Below, in pieces: positions 13,175 through 25,659 of a stretch of DNA of 64,000 nt (the stretch's first letter is position 1; the number at the start of each line of letters is the position of its first letter). The stretch is from Mustelus asterias (taxonomy: Eukaryota). The position numbers and the translations under genes are program-made. The notes under the pieces were generated by a model. The model was not told where the DNA came from, searched no databases, and saw only the letters and a list, made by a program, of their open reading frames with translations. The DNA is taken from positions 38,564,001-38,628,000 of the forward strand of contig NC_135801.1 in NCBI RefSeq assembly GCF_964213995.1, written 5' to 3'.

Positions 13175-14830
13175 GAGTCATACAGCGCAGAAAAGGCCCA
13201 TCGAGTCTCCACCGACAGTAACTACCACTAAAGGTGCGCTAATCCCATTTTCCTGCACTTATCCCATATCTTTTTATGGTGATATTTCAAGTACTCATCC
13301 AAATACTTTTTAAGGGTTGTCAGGTTTCTGGCCTCCACTACCTTCCAGGCAGTGCATCCAGATTCCCACCGCCCACCTGAGTGAATTTTCTTTGCTCAGA
13401 TCCCCTCTGAATCTTCTACCCCTAAAACTATGCCCCCTTGTGATTGGCCCCTCAACCAAGGGGAACAGCTGCTCCCTACTCATCCTGTCCATACCCCTCA
13501 TAATCTTATATACCTCAATCATGTCCCTCCGTTTGTTTTCTTTCCTTCTCTGCTCTAAAGAAAACAATAAGAAGTCTCACAACACCAGGTTAGAGTCCAA
13601 TAGGTTTATTTGATAGTACAAGCCACTAGCTTTCGGAGCGTTGCTCATTCATCAGGTAAATGGGAGTTCTGTTCACAAACAGGGCATATAAAGACACAAA
13701 CTGAATTTACAAAATAATGGTTGGAATGCGAGTCTTAAAGGTACAGACAATGTGAGTGGAGAGAGGGTTAAGCACAGGTTAAAGAGATGTGTATTGTCTC
13801 CAGCCAGGACAGTTAGTGAGATTTTGCAAGCCCAGGCAACTCGTGGGGGTTACAGATAGTGTGACATGAACCCAAGATCCCGGTTGAGGCTGTCCTCGTG
13901 TGTAGAACTTGGCTATCAGTTTCTGCTCAGTGACTCTGCGTTGTCATGTATCGCGAAGGCCACCTTGGAAAACGCTTACCCGAAGAACAGAGGCCGAATG
14001 CCCGTGACCGCTGAAGTGTTCCCCAACAGTAAGAGAACACTCTTGCCTGGTGATTGTCGAGCGGTGTTCATTCATCCGTTGTCGTAGCGTCTGTATGGTC
14101 TCCCCAATGTACCATGCCTCGGGACATCCTTTCCTGCAGCATATCCGGTACCACTCAACAATCACCAGGCAAGACTGTTCTCTTCCTGTTGGGGAGCACT
14201 TCAGCGGTCACGGGCATTCGGCCTCTGATCTTCGGGTAAGAGTTCTCCAAGGCGGCCTTCACGACAACGCAGAGTCGCTGAGCAGAGACTGATAGCCAAG
14301 TTTCGCACACATGAGAATGGCCTCAACCGGGATCTTGGGTTCATGTCTCACTATCTGTAACCCCCACGACTTGCCTGGACTTGCAAAATCTCACTAACTG
14401 TCTTGGCTGGAGACAATACACATCTCTTAAACCTGTGCTTAACCCTCTCTCCACTCACATTGTCTGTACCTTTAAGACTTGATTAGCTGTAAAGACTCGC
14501 ATTCCAACTATTATTTTGTAAATTGAATTTGTGTCTTTGTATGTTTGTGAACAGAACTCCCACTTACCTGATGAAGGAGCAGCGCTCCGAAAACTAGTGG
14601 CTTGTGCTACCAAATAAACCTATTGGACTTTAACCTGGTGTTCTGAGACTTCTTACTGTGTTTACCCCAGTCCAACGCCGGCATCTCCACATTAAAGAAA
14701 ACAGTCCAAGCCTATCCAGTCTCTCCTTAAAGCTCAAATGCTCCATCCCAGGCAACGTCCTGGTGAATCTCCTCTGTACTCCCTCTAGTGCCATCACATC
14801 CTTCCAATGTGTCTGACATAAAGTTGCCAC
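13175..14830 (-). mobile_element. CR1 LINE 3' fragment, split by a PLE
   Basis: ALEGVQRRFTR..LGLFSL (14700-14830) continues as FSLEQRR..DMIEVYKIMRG (13310-13566). Confidence 0.85.
13567..14692. mobile_element. PLE with 5' inversion: two ~0.55-kb oppositely oriented arms
   Basis: 11-bp TSD TAAAGAAAACA (13556, 14693). GIY-YIG fragment CPEAWYIGETIQTLRQRMNEHRS on minus 13944-14150, mirrored on plus 14145-14692. One hammerhead motif per arm (~13624-13660 minus, 14565-14600 plus). Confidence 0.92.
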
Positions 14831-14938
14831 AACAGTCTGGAGTTCACTTGGAATCCCCTGTGCAATCTGCTTGTGCTGTTCATTCCTGTGTTTGAATAAT
14901 CAGGCTTGTGTCTCAGATTTATTTTGTATCTTCCGCAG

Positions 14939-15029
14939 GGTGCTGGAACAGATGAAAAGTGCTTGATAGAAATTCTTGCTTCAAGAACCAACCAGGAACT
15001 GAGAGCAATTACTCCGGCTTATAAGCAAG
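14939..15029 (+). CDS. ANXA5: Annexin A5-like coding exon (91 nt; equivalent to human exon 6)
   Basis: ttccgcAG|..|GTatgg; GAGTDEKCLIEILASRTNQELRAITPAYKQ; canonical annexin exon size. Confidence 0.93.
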
Positions 15030-15318
15030 GTATGGCTGGAATACACGAGCTATTTGACAGCAGTGGTTGGTTAAATAGATGAGGTGCCATTTGATTGGCG
15101 ATCATGTACACCCTGGGGTTAATGGCCTATGTCTCTGGAAATTGCAGGTACCGTGATTTGTGTTGTGGTTACTTTTTGCTTGTTGAGACAGTTTTGTGTT
15201 CACTGGCTTGCATCCCATTTTCTCAGCCATTGGCTATGATCTGTAGAACAAAATTAACACATTTGGATTCCTAGGTCGTGATCTAATTGTTACATCGTTG
15301 CAGAGGTCACCCCTGTAA

Positions 15319-15606
15319 GGGCAGCACGGTGGCACAAAGTTCAGCATTGTTGCCTCACAGTGCCAGGGACCCGGGTTCAACACCGGTTTCAGGTGGCTGT
15401 CTGAGAGGAGTCTGCATGTTTTCCCCGTGTCTGCTCCGGTTTCCAGCCACACTCCAAGGATGTGCAAGTTAGATGGGTTGGCCATGCTAAAGTCCCATTA
15501 GTGTCAGTGGGATTAGTGGGCTAAATATATGGGGTTATGGTGATAGGGCCTGGATGGGCTTGATGGGCCGAATGGCCACCACCTGTACTATATGGTTTCT
15601 ATGATC
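15319..15606 (+). mobile_element. V-SINE, tail type A (CR1-like)
   Basis: tRNA head, V-domain, GGGCCGAATGGCC..TTCTATGA tail. Confidence 0.85.
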
Positions 15607-16589
15607 TAATATAAAGGAATGGGTTTCTGCAATTTCTGGGAGTTGTCCTTGGCTTCCAGGTTTCCCAACCACCCTGAACTCGGTGTACCAAAATCGATAG
15701 CTACTCTCCTGAGCATTGTCGCTCACCACTTTGGAGAAACAGTTTTTGTATGTGCGGCGCGCATGTTGACTAGAGCGTGCGCGCTGGCTGGGGCGCGCGT
15801 GCTGGCTAGGGGTGGCTGTTGTGACTCGCAGCCATACAGAGTTGTCTGAGCCCTGCTGCTCTCTCTGGTGTTTGGAAGGTACGGCTTCATTGCATTTTGG
15901 GAGGGGCTAAGAGCATCGGGTCAATGAAATTAACTAGAAACTGCACGCCTTGATGGAGAAATTTGGAGAGAAACTGAAAGGGAGATGAACACAAACTGGG
16001 AAGGAGAGAAAGCTGGAGAAGTGAAAGGGTAAGTACGCAAACTGGGAGGTTTACATAGTACGAAAACAACACTCCTAAATTAAATCCCGGTTGACTATGA
16101 CAAAGACAGACTGTGCCTCCTCTCCTATTTGACCTCTCTTAACCCTTTGACAATTTGACCATGGAATTGTGCCACACTGCTTCACTTCCATCATCCAGCT
16201 GGCTGGACTACACTTGCCTGACTCCATTCTTTCTTATCCAAACACAGCCAGAGAATTGCCTTGTTGAACAAGACCCTGCTGAGGTGGACACACAAAAAAA
16301 AAATCTACATTTAGTGCAACTCTACATTATTCAGAAGAGCTAGCTTAATCACAATTTCTGAGACTAGAGTATAGTGATGACTCAGATTCACAGCTGAGAT
16401 CTAGGTATTACCCGCACTGCTGAGGGAGCTGGCCAGGCTTTAGTCACTCAATACGGATATCTTCTTCCCTGAGCTCAGGATCCTCCTCCTATAACGGTGG
16501 TTCCTGGGTTGTAGGTTTTTGCATGCTCCGAAAGCCCTTCTCTTATACACAGTCAGTAAAGTGATCAACCACCACATGTCCTGACCTGC

Positions 16590-17630
16590 CAGTTAGGTTT
16601 CTGCTCTGGGCTCTCAAGATGTGCTTAGTTGACACTTCCCTGCTATATTTGCTTGTCCACCTGTTGCAGTCTGTTCCTGCACAGTTACCTCTGGTGTTCC
16701 CCAAGGATCTAACCTTAGCCCCCTCCCTCCTGGCTGCCCCTTGGTACAAAAGTACAGTGTTCATTTGTACATGTATGCTGACAATATTCAGCTCTACCTC
16801 ACCACTGATGTCTGTAAATTTTGACTGACATCTGATACTGGATGAGTGGAAATTTCCTCGAAATATTGGGAAGGATGAAGTGATTCTTTTCGGTCCCTGT
16901 CACAGGTTCCGTTCCCAACCTACCAACTCCATCCCTTTCCCTGGCAACTCTGAGGCTAAACCAGACATTTTGCAACCTTGGTGTTATGTTTGATCCCGGG
17001 ATGAGCTTCCGACCATATGTACGCACAATCACCAGGAATCCCTGCTTCCACCTCAGTAACATTGACCAGTTCCACTTGCCTCAGCTGAAATCATCATTCA
17101 TGTCTATGTTGTTCCGAGACTTGACTATTCCAATGCATTCCTGGCTGGCCGCTCTCATTCTACCCCCCGCACAACCCTGAGGTCATTACAAACTTGTCCT
17201 AACTTGCACCAAGTGCTACTCGCCCACTTTCTCGGGGCTCACTGACCTACAGTGGCTCGCACTTGAGCAGTGCCTCAATTTTTAAATTCTTGCCATTGTC
17301 TTCGAATCTCTCCATGACCTTTGCCCTTTGCCTTTTCTCTGCTGAGTTGCAGCTTTGCAGCCTACACTCAGATCTCCGTGATCCTCCAATTCTCTTGAGC
17401 AGTCACAATTTTAGTCAGTCCATGGTTAACAGCCATTGCCTTAAGCTCTGGAATTCCCTTGCTAAACTTCTCAGCCTCTCTATTTCTCTTTTCATTTCTA
17501 ACACTCCCTAGAATCTACTTCCTTTGACCATCTGGCTTAATATCTCTTTATGTGGCGAGTGTCAAAACTTCCTTTTATAATGTTTATAAAATGCCTTGAG
17601 ATGTTTTATGATATAGGCGCCATAGAAATG
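16590..17630 (+). mobile_element. Old L2-like LINE fragment
   Basis: Degenerate VPQGS and MYADNIQLYL motifs with an L2-type 3' end; boundaries approximate. Confidence 0.7.
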
Positions 17631-17686
17631 GAGAGGAACACATGAGAGGGAGAGAGAGTTCACATTGGTCTGTGATGTATGTTGGT

Positions 17687-17889
17687 CATGATGTGTAGTT
17701 GGACTGGGGTAAGCACAGTAAGAAGTCTCACAACACCAGGTTAAAGTCCAACAAGTTTATTTGGTAGCACAAGCTTTCGGAGTGTCGCTCCTTCTTCAGG
17801 TGAGTCTCCTAAAGAAGGAGCGACATCCGAAAGCTTGTGCTACCAAATAAACCTGTTGGACTTTAATCTGGTGTTGTGAGACTTCTTGC
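17687..17889. mobile_element. Palindromic mini-PLE (two inverted 3' termini)
   Basis: 10-bp TSD GTATGTTGGT (17677, 17890); 17720-17803 is inverted at 17806-17887. Confidence 0.88.
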
Positions 17890-19583
17890 GTATGTTGGTG
17901 TACAGGAATTGGGCAGATTTAGTGCTTCTCCCCACAGTCTAAGCCTCACCCTGCCCCACCCCTTCACTGCGGGTGTGTGTCATTGGTGCATTGGATTAGA
18001 TCAGACTTTGTGTTGTTCATTGATTTATTATAACTATTTGTAAAATATCATTATGACAAATGTCATTAGCAATGAGCTGTAGAGACAAGTCAGTGAAATG
18101 GATTTGGTGTTTCTCATTGGAGTTGATGAAGTAGAAACATTGCAGCTTTCATTGAAATGCTGTTTATCCTCAAATCTTTCTATTTTGTGTTTCTTGATTT
18201 ATAAGTTTTTTATTTCAGTGAAATAAAAAGGGAACCTGTTACTTGGGGCTTGGTATGTCTGAGACATTCAGCTGGCAATTGCAGTTGGGAAAATGCTGTT
18301 TGATTAAATGTCATGGGACTTCGCATCGCTGAGATCAAATGTCACATGATCAAATCTCCAGAAATAAGTCAAACCACACACAACGACCACAGTGACATCA
18401 CCAAAACATTTCCTGCTATTGCAATGCCAGATACAGCACACTGAGTGGGCTTTAATGCCACCCCGAAGCAGGTGAGAGGTGCATTAAAATGGTGAAGGTG
18501 CCAAGTGGGGGTCCTGCCGCTGCTTTACCTCTGTCCCAATTATGTTGGGGATTTTAAGGTGCATGGACGGGTCCCCCCCGCCCCGCCCCCCCTCCCCCCT
18601 TGCCTTTGGTCTGGATCCCTGATTGATCCTGGGCCTCTGGGGAGGAGGGAGGTGCATTACCAGCAGCTACCACTGCTCTCCTGATGGCAATGCACTGCTG
18701 CTGGCTTCTGATTGACTGACAGCTCTTGGGGACCGGGGTTTCGGCTGCCCTGGGGAATGCCCACCACTGAAGTACCCGACTTGCTGTAATACAGCAGTCC
18801 TTCCTCAGAGGGGGGTGACTCTTGGTGGTTCTCCAGCAGGCCTGCCCTCCTCGTCTAGATTAAATTCAGCCCCAAAAGTGCTTTTTATTCGGCCCGTTCT
18901 AGATGCTTATACAGCTTCATCAGAAACAGGATTCACTGGGACCTAAGCAGGTTGCTATTAGCTGCCTTTTTGGGAGCTGCTTGTATACACAACTTCCAAA
19001 CACTGCAGAGGAACTGTGAAAAGTTCTAGCTGTGTCATTTCATGATTAAACAGCAGGGCTCACAAACTGATAGTTCTGTGGCAACTTAATGACCTAACTA
19101 GTTAATCCCACAAATGTTTGCAGCCTAGTCTTGGGAGTGTGAGAGCTGCAGTTATAAACATTACAGACCCAACCCCACCCGATTCTCTGTACCAGTGGCA
19201 ACATGACTGAGGATTTCTGCATATTGACTGTATTGCTTTTATAAGAAACTCCTCATCATAAACTGACAGCATCAGCTTCCAGCTCCCCCACCCTCCTTTC
19301 CTGGCCTTAGCTGCAGCACTCTGAGGAGGTGCCTGACTTCCATTCATTGTCTAAGGGACAGGACAGCCAGTGATCGACTGTCCTTCTGGCTATCAGAGGA
19401 ACATTTATATTTGATTGCAATCAAAGTGCTGAAATAAAAACAGAGAATGCTGGAAATCTGGCAGCATCTGTGGAGCGAAAAACAGAGTTAACGTTAATGC
19501 TGGATTTTACCAGCCCTGTAGGATTGGGCTGGGCGACAGGGAAAGGCAAGGAATGGAGTGTTCATCGTTTTCCTGCCACCATG

Positions 19584-20388
19584 TGCCGTGGTTCCCCGTG
19601 GACGGCAAGAAGAGTTCGTCAATCAGAATAGAGAGTCTGAGTCATGATCTTCCAGGCAGCAAGGCTTTATTTTCTAATACAAGTCAACAATGTAGGGGTA
19701 GGGCCTGGGTGGGATTGTGGTCGGTGCAGACTCGATGGGCCGAATGGCCTCCTTCTGCACTGTAGGGTTTCTATGATTCTATGAAAGACGGGATTTCCAG
19801 ATGAATCCAAAGAACCAGCGCGCTGACAGTCATTTTTATACACATTTTAGCTTCATACCTCATCATTCTTATCTTACAGTCAAGGCTATTTTTGCAGACC
19901 CCAAGGCCACTTTTCGTTAGCCGCCATGGTTTACTAGACCTACATTATCTGCCTTCTTTCTGATTGGTCACTAATGAATGTGCTATGATATCATTGTGGT
20001 TACATCTTACCTTCTTATCTGAAGTTTATTGTCTAATCAGCCAAGGTTGTTGTTTGTTCAACCATTGTGGGGCATCCTGCTATGCCAAGTCTTTTTTTTA
20101 AAGATGTGCGTTTGTCTGACTTAAGTTTATTTAGGAAATTACTTTCAGCTTCTGTGTGTTTGCTTGACTTCTTTTAGCCTTTATGTTCATTCATGTGAGT
20201 ATCCATGTGTACTGGCCTGGTAAGGTATTGTGCACTTAAAAGGGTACAAGTGTATGCTTAATAAGATATGTGATGATATATGAGAGCTTCTTAGGTAGTG
20301 ATTATCTCTTCTATGTTAATTATTATCTCCTACTTGTCCTAATAATTATTCCTTCCAATATATGTTGTCTTAATGATTATTCCTTACA
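19584..20388 (-). mobile_element. Solo LTR (ERV1-like), antisense; contains a SINE/CR1 tail insertion at ~19691-19783
   Basis: Minus strand TGTAAGG...CACGGCA, 4-bp TSD CATG (19580-83, 20389-92), TATAAAA near 19838 and AATAAA near 19670 on minus. Confidence 0.85.
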
Positions 20389-21120
20389 CATGCTAGTGGC
20401 GGGGAAAGTGGAAGATGGCCCTTCCTGATCCAGAGGCCAATTGATCCAACCCATTAAGGGCATCATTCCACTGCACTTTGCCAGAGGGGCTTATGCCCTT
20501 TTGCCATGTGGAGAGACCACTGGGTGAATCCTGGCAGCCTCCCTGCAGGCTTGTGTGGGCCCTCCTAATTGGCACTCTATGGCCCAGAGGCACTATTCAC
20601 CTCCCCTCCCCATCCACCCAGACAGCAATGGATGCCTCCCTACCTTTAGCCTCAACTCCTTTGCTGGGGTTTGCCTCACTGGCCCCAGTGGCAAAGGGTG
20701 CACCTGTGGCATTCCCCCATCCTGGCCTTCACCAAAGTTCCCCCCACACCCCAACTACCTCCCTCGCCCAGCCCTTGCTGATTGGCCACTGGATATCCTC
20801 CTTCCATCCTGTCCTCCTTTGCTAGGTGCAGTCCTAGCATTGGCCATCTCTCTTGATGGCGCTGCTGAGAACTCTGAGATGCGGGTCCTCTGACTGGCAG
20901 CTACTTGGGATGCATGGTCATCCTTTAAAGAGACGGCAGCCCTGATGGCAACCAATTCTTTGCCTGACCCCCAGAAAGATGCGGCCATAGTCATCCCCAG
21001 CTTTCATAAACGAGACATGGTGGAGACGCTTTGGAAATTCAGGAAGTGAATCACACTGCAGAATTCCCAGTGTCTGAACTGTTCTCGTAGCTGCAGCATG
21101 TGGCTGTTCCAGTTCGTATA

Positions 21121-21432
21121 ATCACAGAATCCCTAAAGTGCAGAAGGAGGCCATTCGGCCCATCAAAGCTGCACCGATAACAATCCCACCCACATCCTAT
21201 CCCTGTAACCCCACGTGTTTACCCTGCTAATCTTTCTGACACTAAGGGCCAATTTAACATAGACAATTCACCTGACCTGCATATCTTTGGACTGTGCGAG
21301 GAAACCGGTGCATGCAGAGGAATTTGACGCAGACACGGAGAATGTGCAGACTCTGCACGGACAGTGACCCAAGGCTGGAATTGAACCTGGGTCCCTGGCA
21401 ACAGTGCTAACCACTGTGCCACCGTACTGCCC
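21121..21432 (-). mobile_element. V-SINE, tail type A
   Basis: Reverse complement of head, V-domain and CR1-like tail. Confidence 0.88.
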
Positions 21433-21699
21433 CAACTTTCTAGATAGTGGTGACCCCAGGGTGTTGATGGTAGGGACTTTGGCAATGCCATTGAATGTCA
21501 AGGTAAGATGGTTAAATTGACGCTCATTAGAGGTGGTCACTGCCAGGATTTGTGTGGTATGAATATGACTTGTCATTTATCAGGTCTGAATGTTCTTTAG
21601 GGCTTGCTGAATGCCAGCACAGAGAGAGCTTCATTATCTGAAGAGTCACGAATAGAACTGTGCAACCATCAACTAACTAGCTCATTTGATACCTTTCAG

Positions 21700-21779
21700 A
21701 ATATGGCAAAGATCTGGAAGAAAATGTTGTGAGTGACACTTCTGGCCATTTCCAAAGGATTTTGGTGATTCTTCTCCAG
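21700..21779 (+). CDS. ANXA5: Annexin A5-like coding exon (80 nt)
   Basis: tttcAG|..|GTaaaa; EYGKDLEENVVSDTSGHFQRILVILLQ; phase matches the previous exon. Confidence 0.93.
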
Positions 21780-22492
21780 GTAAAAATTTAGTTTCCATAC
21801 CAAAGCACAAAGTGCTAAACCACCATGCTAGTTGTTAAGTGTTTAGAGGTATGAGTATAGAAGTAATTTCCTCATTGTTTTAACCTGCAGACAATAGCAA
21901 TTTAATATTCAATAGCATTCTTCATGTAGTAAAGCGTCCCAAGATGCTTATCAAACAAAATCAATAGCAAGTATCGAAATGGGCGACAGGCAGCTTAACT
22001 CAAAGAAGTTGGTCTATGGAGCATCTACTAAAAGGTTGAGAGATGAGCTAATTTGGGGAGGGAGTTACAAAGAGCAGAGTCTAGGCAACTGAAGCCATGC
22101 CTGTGAATGGTGTGATGGGAGGATTGTTGGGTTGGAGGAGATTACAGAAATAGAGGGGGACAAAAACATGAAGTGATTTGAAAACCAGGGTGAGAGTTAT
22201 GAAATTAAAATCAGTGTGGGTTGGCACCCACATAAGTGATGGATAACTAGAACTTGGAGCGGGTTCGGAAATGGGTAGCAGTGTTTTAGTTGAGCTTAAG
22301 TTTACAGAGGGTTCAATGTGGATAGCTTTGTAGTAGTCTAAAAGTATCAATGGCCTGGATAAGGGTTTCAGCAGGAGATGAGCTGAGGCAGGGTTGGAAA
22401 CGGTCATTATCGTGGAGGTTGACTATCTCAGTGATAGAGAGAATACACTGGGGGCCATCAAAATTGGGAACAATCTGGTTCATTCTCACAGG

Positions 22493-22545
22493 TGTGGAGA
22501 TGCCGGCGTTGGACTGGGGTAAACACAGTAAGGTGAACACAGACG
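22493..22545 (-). mobile_element. PLE terminal stub
   Basis: TGTGGAGATGCCGGCGTTGGACTGGGGTAAACACAGTAAG with 13-bp TSD TCATTCTCACAGG (22480, 22546). Confidence 0.8.
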
Positions 22546-22580
22546 TCATTCTCACAGGGCCAGAGAGAATCATTGAATAA

Positions 22581-22884
22581 AATCATAGAATCCCTACGGT
22601 GCAAAACAAGGCCATTCAGCCCATCGAGACTGCACCGACAACAATCCCACCCAGGCCTATCCCCGTAACCCCACGTATTTACCCTGCTAATTCCCCTGAC
22701 ACTAAGGGGCAATTTAGCATGGCCATCCACCCAGTCTGCACATCTTTGGATTGTGGGAGGAAAGCGGAGCACCCGGAGGAAACCCATGCAGACACAGGGA
22801 GAACATGCAAACTCCACAGAGACAGTGGGGCTGGAATTGAACCCGGATCCCTGGTACTGTGAGGCAGCAATGCTAGACACTGTG
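22581..22884 (-). mobile_element. V-SINE, tail type A
   Basis: Reverse complement of head, V-domain and CR1-like tail. Confidence 0.9.
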
Positions 22885-23439
22885 CTGAGAGGAAAGGTGT
22901 TTATGGTTAGGAACAGCCTTTGTGTAGGGATTGAAAACAGTAAGTGTAGCCTTCTCAATACTTAATTAGAGGAAGTTCCTCCTCATTCAGTAATGGATGT
23001 TAGACAAGCTATGTGACTGATCAGAGAGAGTAAAGGGGGCGAGAGGGCTGGGTTGATGTAGAGCTGTCCTTGCTGTATATTTGGAACTTGAGGATGTGAT
23101 TTTGGACACTTGTCAAGGGCCAACATGTGGTTAAGAATTCTGAATCATACTGCAGTTGGAAAATAATCCATTGCAGGAGATTCTTTGCTGATGGCCGGAT
23201 GGATATAAATGGAGCCAGGTGACAGAGAGCCAGCTGGACAATGGGAGGGATGTATTTGAGGAGGGATAGTTTTACATTGGTCAGTCAGATAGGATTCTAC
23301 TTGTGACTGTGAGGGCTGTTTCAGTATTCTGGCAGACAGAAATCTGATGAACAAAATTGCACCAGGTTTCAACAGCCTGGTGGCTACTGAGGGAGGGAGG
23401 CAAGGGGAGGAATGAATTGCTTTTTCTGGAGTATGTCTT

Positions 23440-23640
23440 GACTCCGTGGTAACATTCTCTCCAGTGGGTTCGAAGATTGTGGTTCAAACCTCACTCCAGA
23501 GACTTGAACGCATTGCCTGGTCTGATATTTCAGTGCATTACTGAGGAAATGCTGCGGTACTGGAAATGCCATCTTTTGAGCAACATCTGTTCCTCTGGTC
23601 GATGCAAAAGATCCAGCTGATCTTTTTAAGAATTACGAAT
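23440..23640 (+). mobile_element. Old Deu-SINE-like fragment
   Basis: GGTTCAAACCTCACTCCAGAGACTTGA..CAGTGCATTACTGAGG..AAAGATCC; related pieces near 7410-7620 and 23850-23990 on minus. Family named from recall. Confidence 0.55.
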
Positions 23641-24901
23641 GTAAGGAAGAGGAACAGGATCGGGTCATTGAACCTCCTTGATTCTATTCTTCCATTCCGT
23701 GAAATCATGGCTGATCTCTAATCTCAGCCTAACATTCCCCTCTGACCCCTTTATCCCCTAAATTTTTGGACACTATCTATCTTGGTCTTGAATATACTCA
23801 ATGACTTAGCACTCACAGCGTTCTGGGGTAAAGAATGCCAAAAGTTGAGGTATAAATGTTGACCAAAACACAGGCTTATTTTGCGTCAAACTGGGAGGGC
23901 ATACGTGGATCTCGGTTTTATTTCTCATTAGAAAGCCAGAGGCTTTGACAACGCAGCACTGTCTTTGTAATGCACGGATCAACAAGTGTTGTTCGTGTCG
24001 TGTCTGCATGTAATGGATAAATGGGCACAGCAATATTAAACCGGCTGGCCAAAAGCTAAGCCAAAGAGGTGGGTTTTAAGAATAATATTGATGGAGAATG
24101 TGGTGCAGAGTTTGGTGAGGATATTCCAGGATAGTGTGCAGTTTAGGTCAAAGTCTCCAACAATAGGGTGAATGGAGGAGGCTGCACAAGAGGCCAGTGT
24201 TGGAAAAACCTATATTAGGCATGTGATTGTAAGACTAAAGGAAGTTACAGGGAGGTGGCGAGATTTGAATACAAGCTTGAGAATTTTAAATTCGATGTGT
24301 TGCGGGACTGGAAGCCAAGGTAGGTCACAAAGGAGAGGGATAATAGGTGAGCATAACCTTTCTTGTTATGAATGCGTTTCTTCACATATATACAGTGCTG
24401 TTTTATGGTGTGCGATCTGTGTGGATTATTTTTAAATAAAACCAGATTTGATCACCATGATGCTTCAGAATGTAAAACGCCACAGTAATAATGTTCTAAA
24501 TGTTTTCACAGTTATGATGGCCCTGATTTTGAAAGGGGACAGGAATAGTACACGTAATCCCCAAAGGATGCCGCACCTCAGGAATGTGGAGGCCCGGTCC
24601 TCATCTACATAAATGTTCTTAGTCCCATCTGGAACTGGCCAAATCTGGCTACCTGGCTGGTGGATGAGTGGGAATTTTGTGGCAGGAAGTTGCAGCCTGG
24701 AATCTGTGGGAATTCCCAGCTCTGTAGAGTGGGGAGGTGCAAGGATTCCTTGTGCAGCAGTGGGAGAGTGCTCCTGCTCCCAATCATGGGTTCTGACTAA
24801 TGTGGACCTCTTCCAGCCAATGGAGTCTCTTGCCCTGACTCTGCAATTATGAACCTTATTGTGCAGGATTCTGCTAGACCCCTGCTCACCAATAGAGGGA
24901 G

Positions 24902-25275
24902 TAAGAAGTTTAACAACACCAGGTTAAAGTCCAACAGGTTTATTTGGTAGCAAAAGCCACACAAGCTTTCGGAGCTCTTTCTGGAGACAATACACATCTT
25001 TTTAGCCTGCCTTGATGCTCTCTCCACTCACATTGTTTTGTTTCTTAAAGACTTGATTAGTTGTAAGTATTCGCATTCCAACCATTATTCATGTAAATTG
25101 AGTCTGTGTCTTTATATGCTCTGTTTGTGAACAGAATTCCCACTCACCTGAAGAAGGGGCTTAGAGCTCCGAAAGCGTGTGTGGCTTTTGCTACCAAATA
25201 AACCTGTTGGACTTTAACCTGGTGTAGTTAAACTTCTTACTGTGTTTACCCCAGTCCAACGCCGGCATCTCCACA
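24902..25275 (+). mobile_element. PLE with short 5' inversion
   Basis: TCACCAATAGAGGGAG duplicated (24886, 25276); inverted arm 24902-24977; hammerhead-like motif 25145-25183. Confidence 0.88.
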
Positions 25276-25659
25276 TCACCAATAGAGGGAGCCATGGCAG
25301 CCTCAAAGTCAGCAAATAAATTGCATGTTGAGAAATGGCTGGATTTGCACAACAGCTGACATTTAATTTCACTGCTACCATTCAGAGCTGGTAATTCATA
25401 CTGTTAGGGACTATTAATGATGTTCAACCTTGGAGGCCAGAAAGGGCATCTGGGGAATCTCACTGGTGATAATGAATTGGTCTAGCAATTTTTTTTAAAA
25501 AAACCTCACCATTACTTTTGAGCTGACCCAGAGTCAGGTTAGCAATAGTAGACAACAATTTCCATACAACCAATAAAGCTGTTTCAACACTCAAAGAGCA
25601 AATTCTAAAGATTTATTTGGAAAATAAACTGATGCATAATCTTTAAGGCAGACACTCTG

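Larger units (their letters stand above)
21910..23300 (-). mobile_element. Old L2-like LINE fragments with nested PLE stub and SINE
   Basis: Degenerate AETLIQA and FKSLH motifs on minus; boundaries approximate. Confidence 0.55.

Noticed and set aside
18445-18875. GC-rich MITE-like segments (also ~5742-5875, 9210-9790, 20390-21070, 38430-39010, 58000-58540)
   Set aside because: Probably old non-autonomous DNA elements, but I could not define TIRs or TSDs well enough to annotate them.
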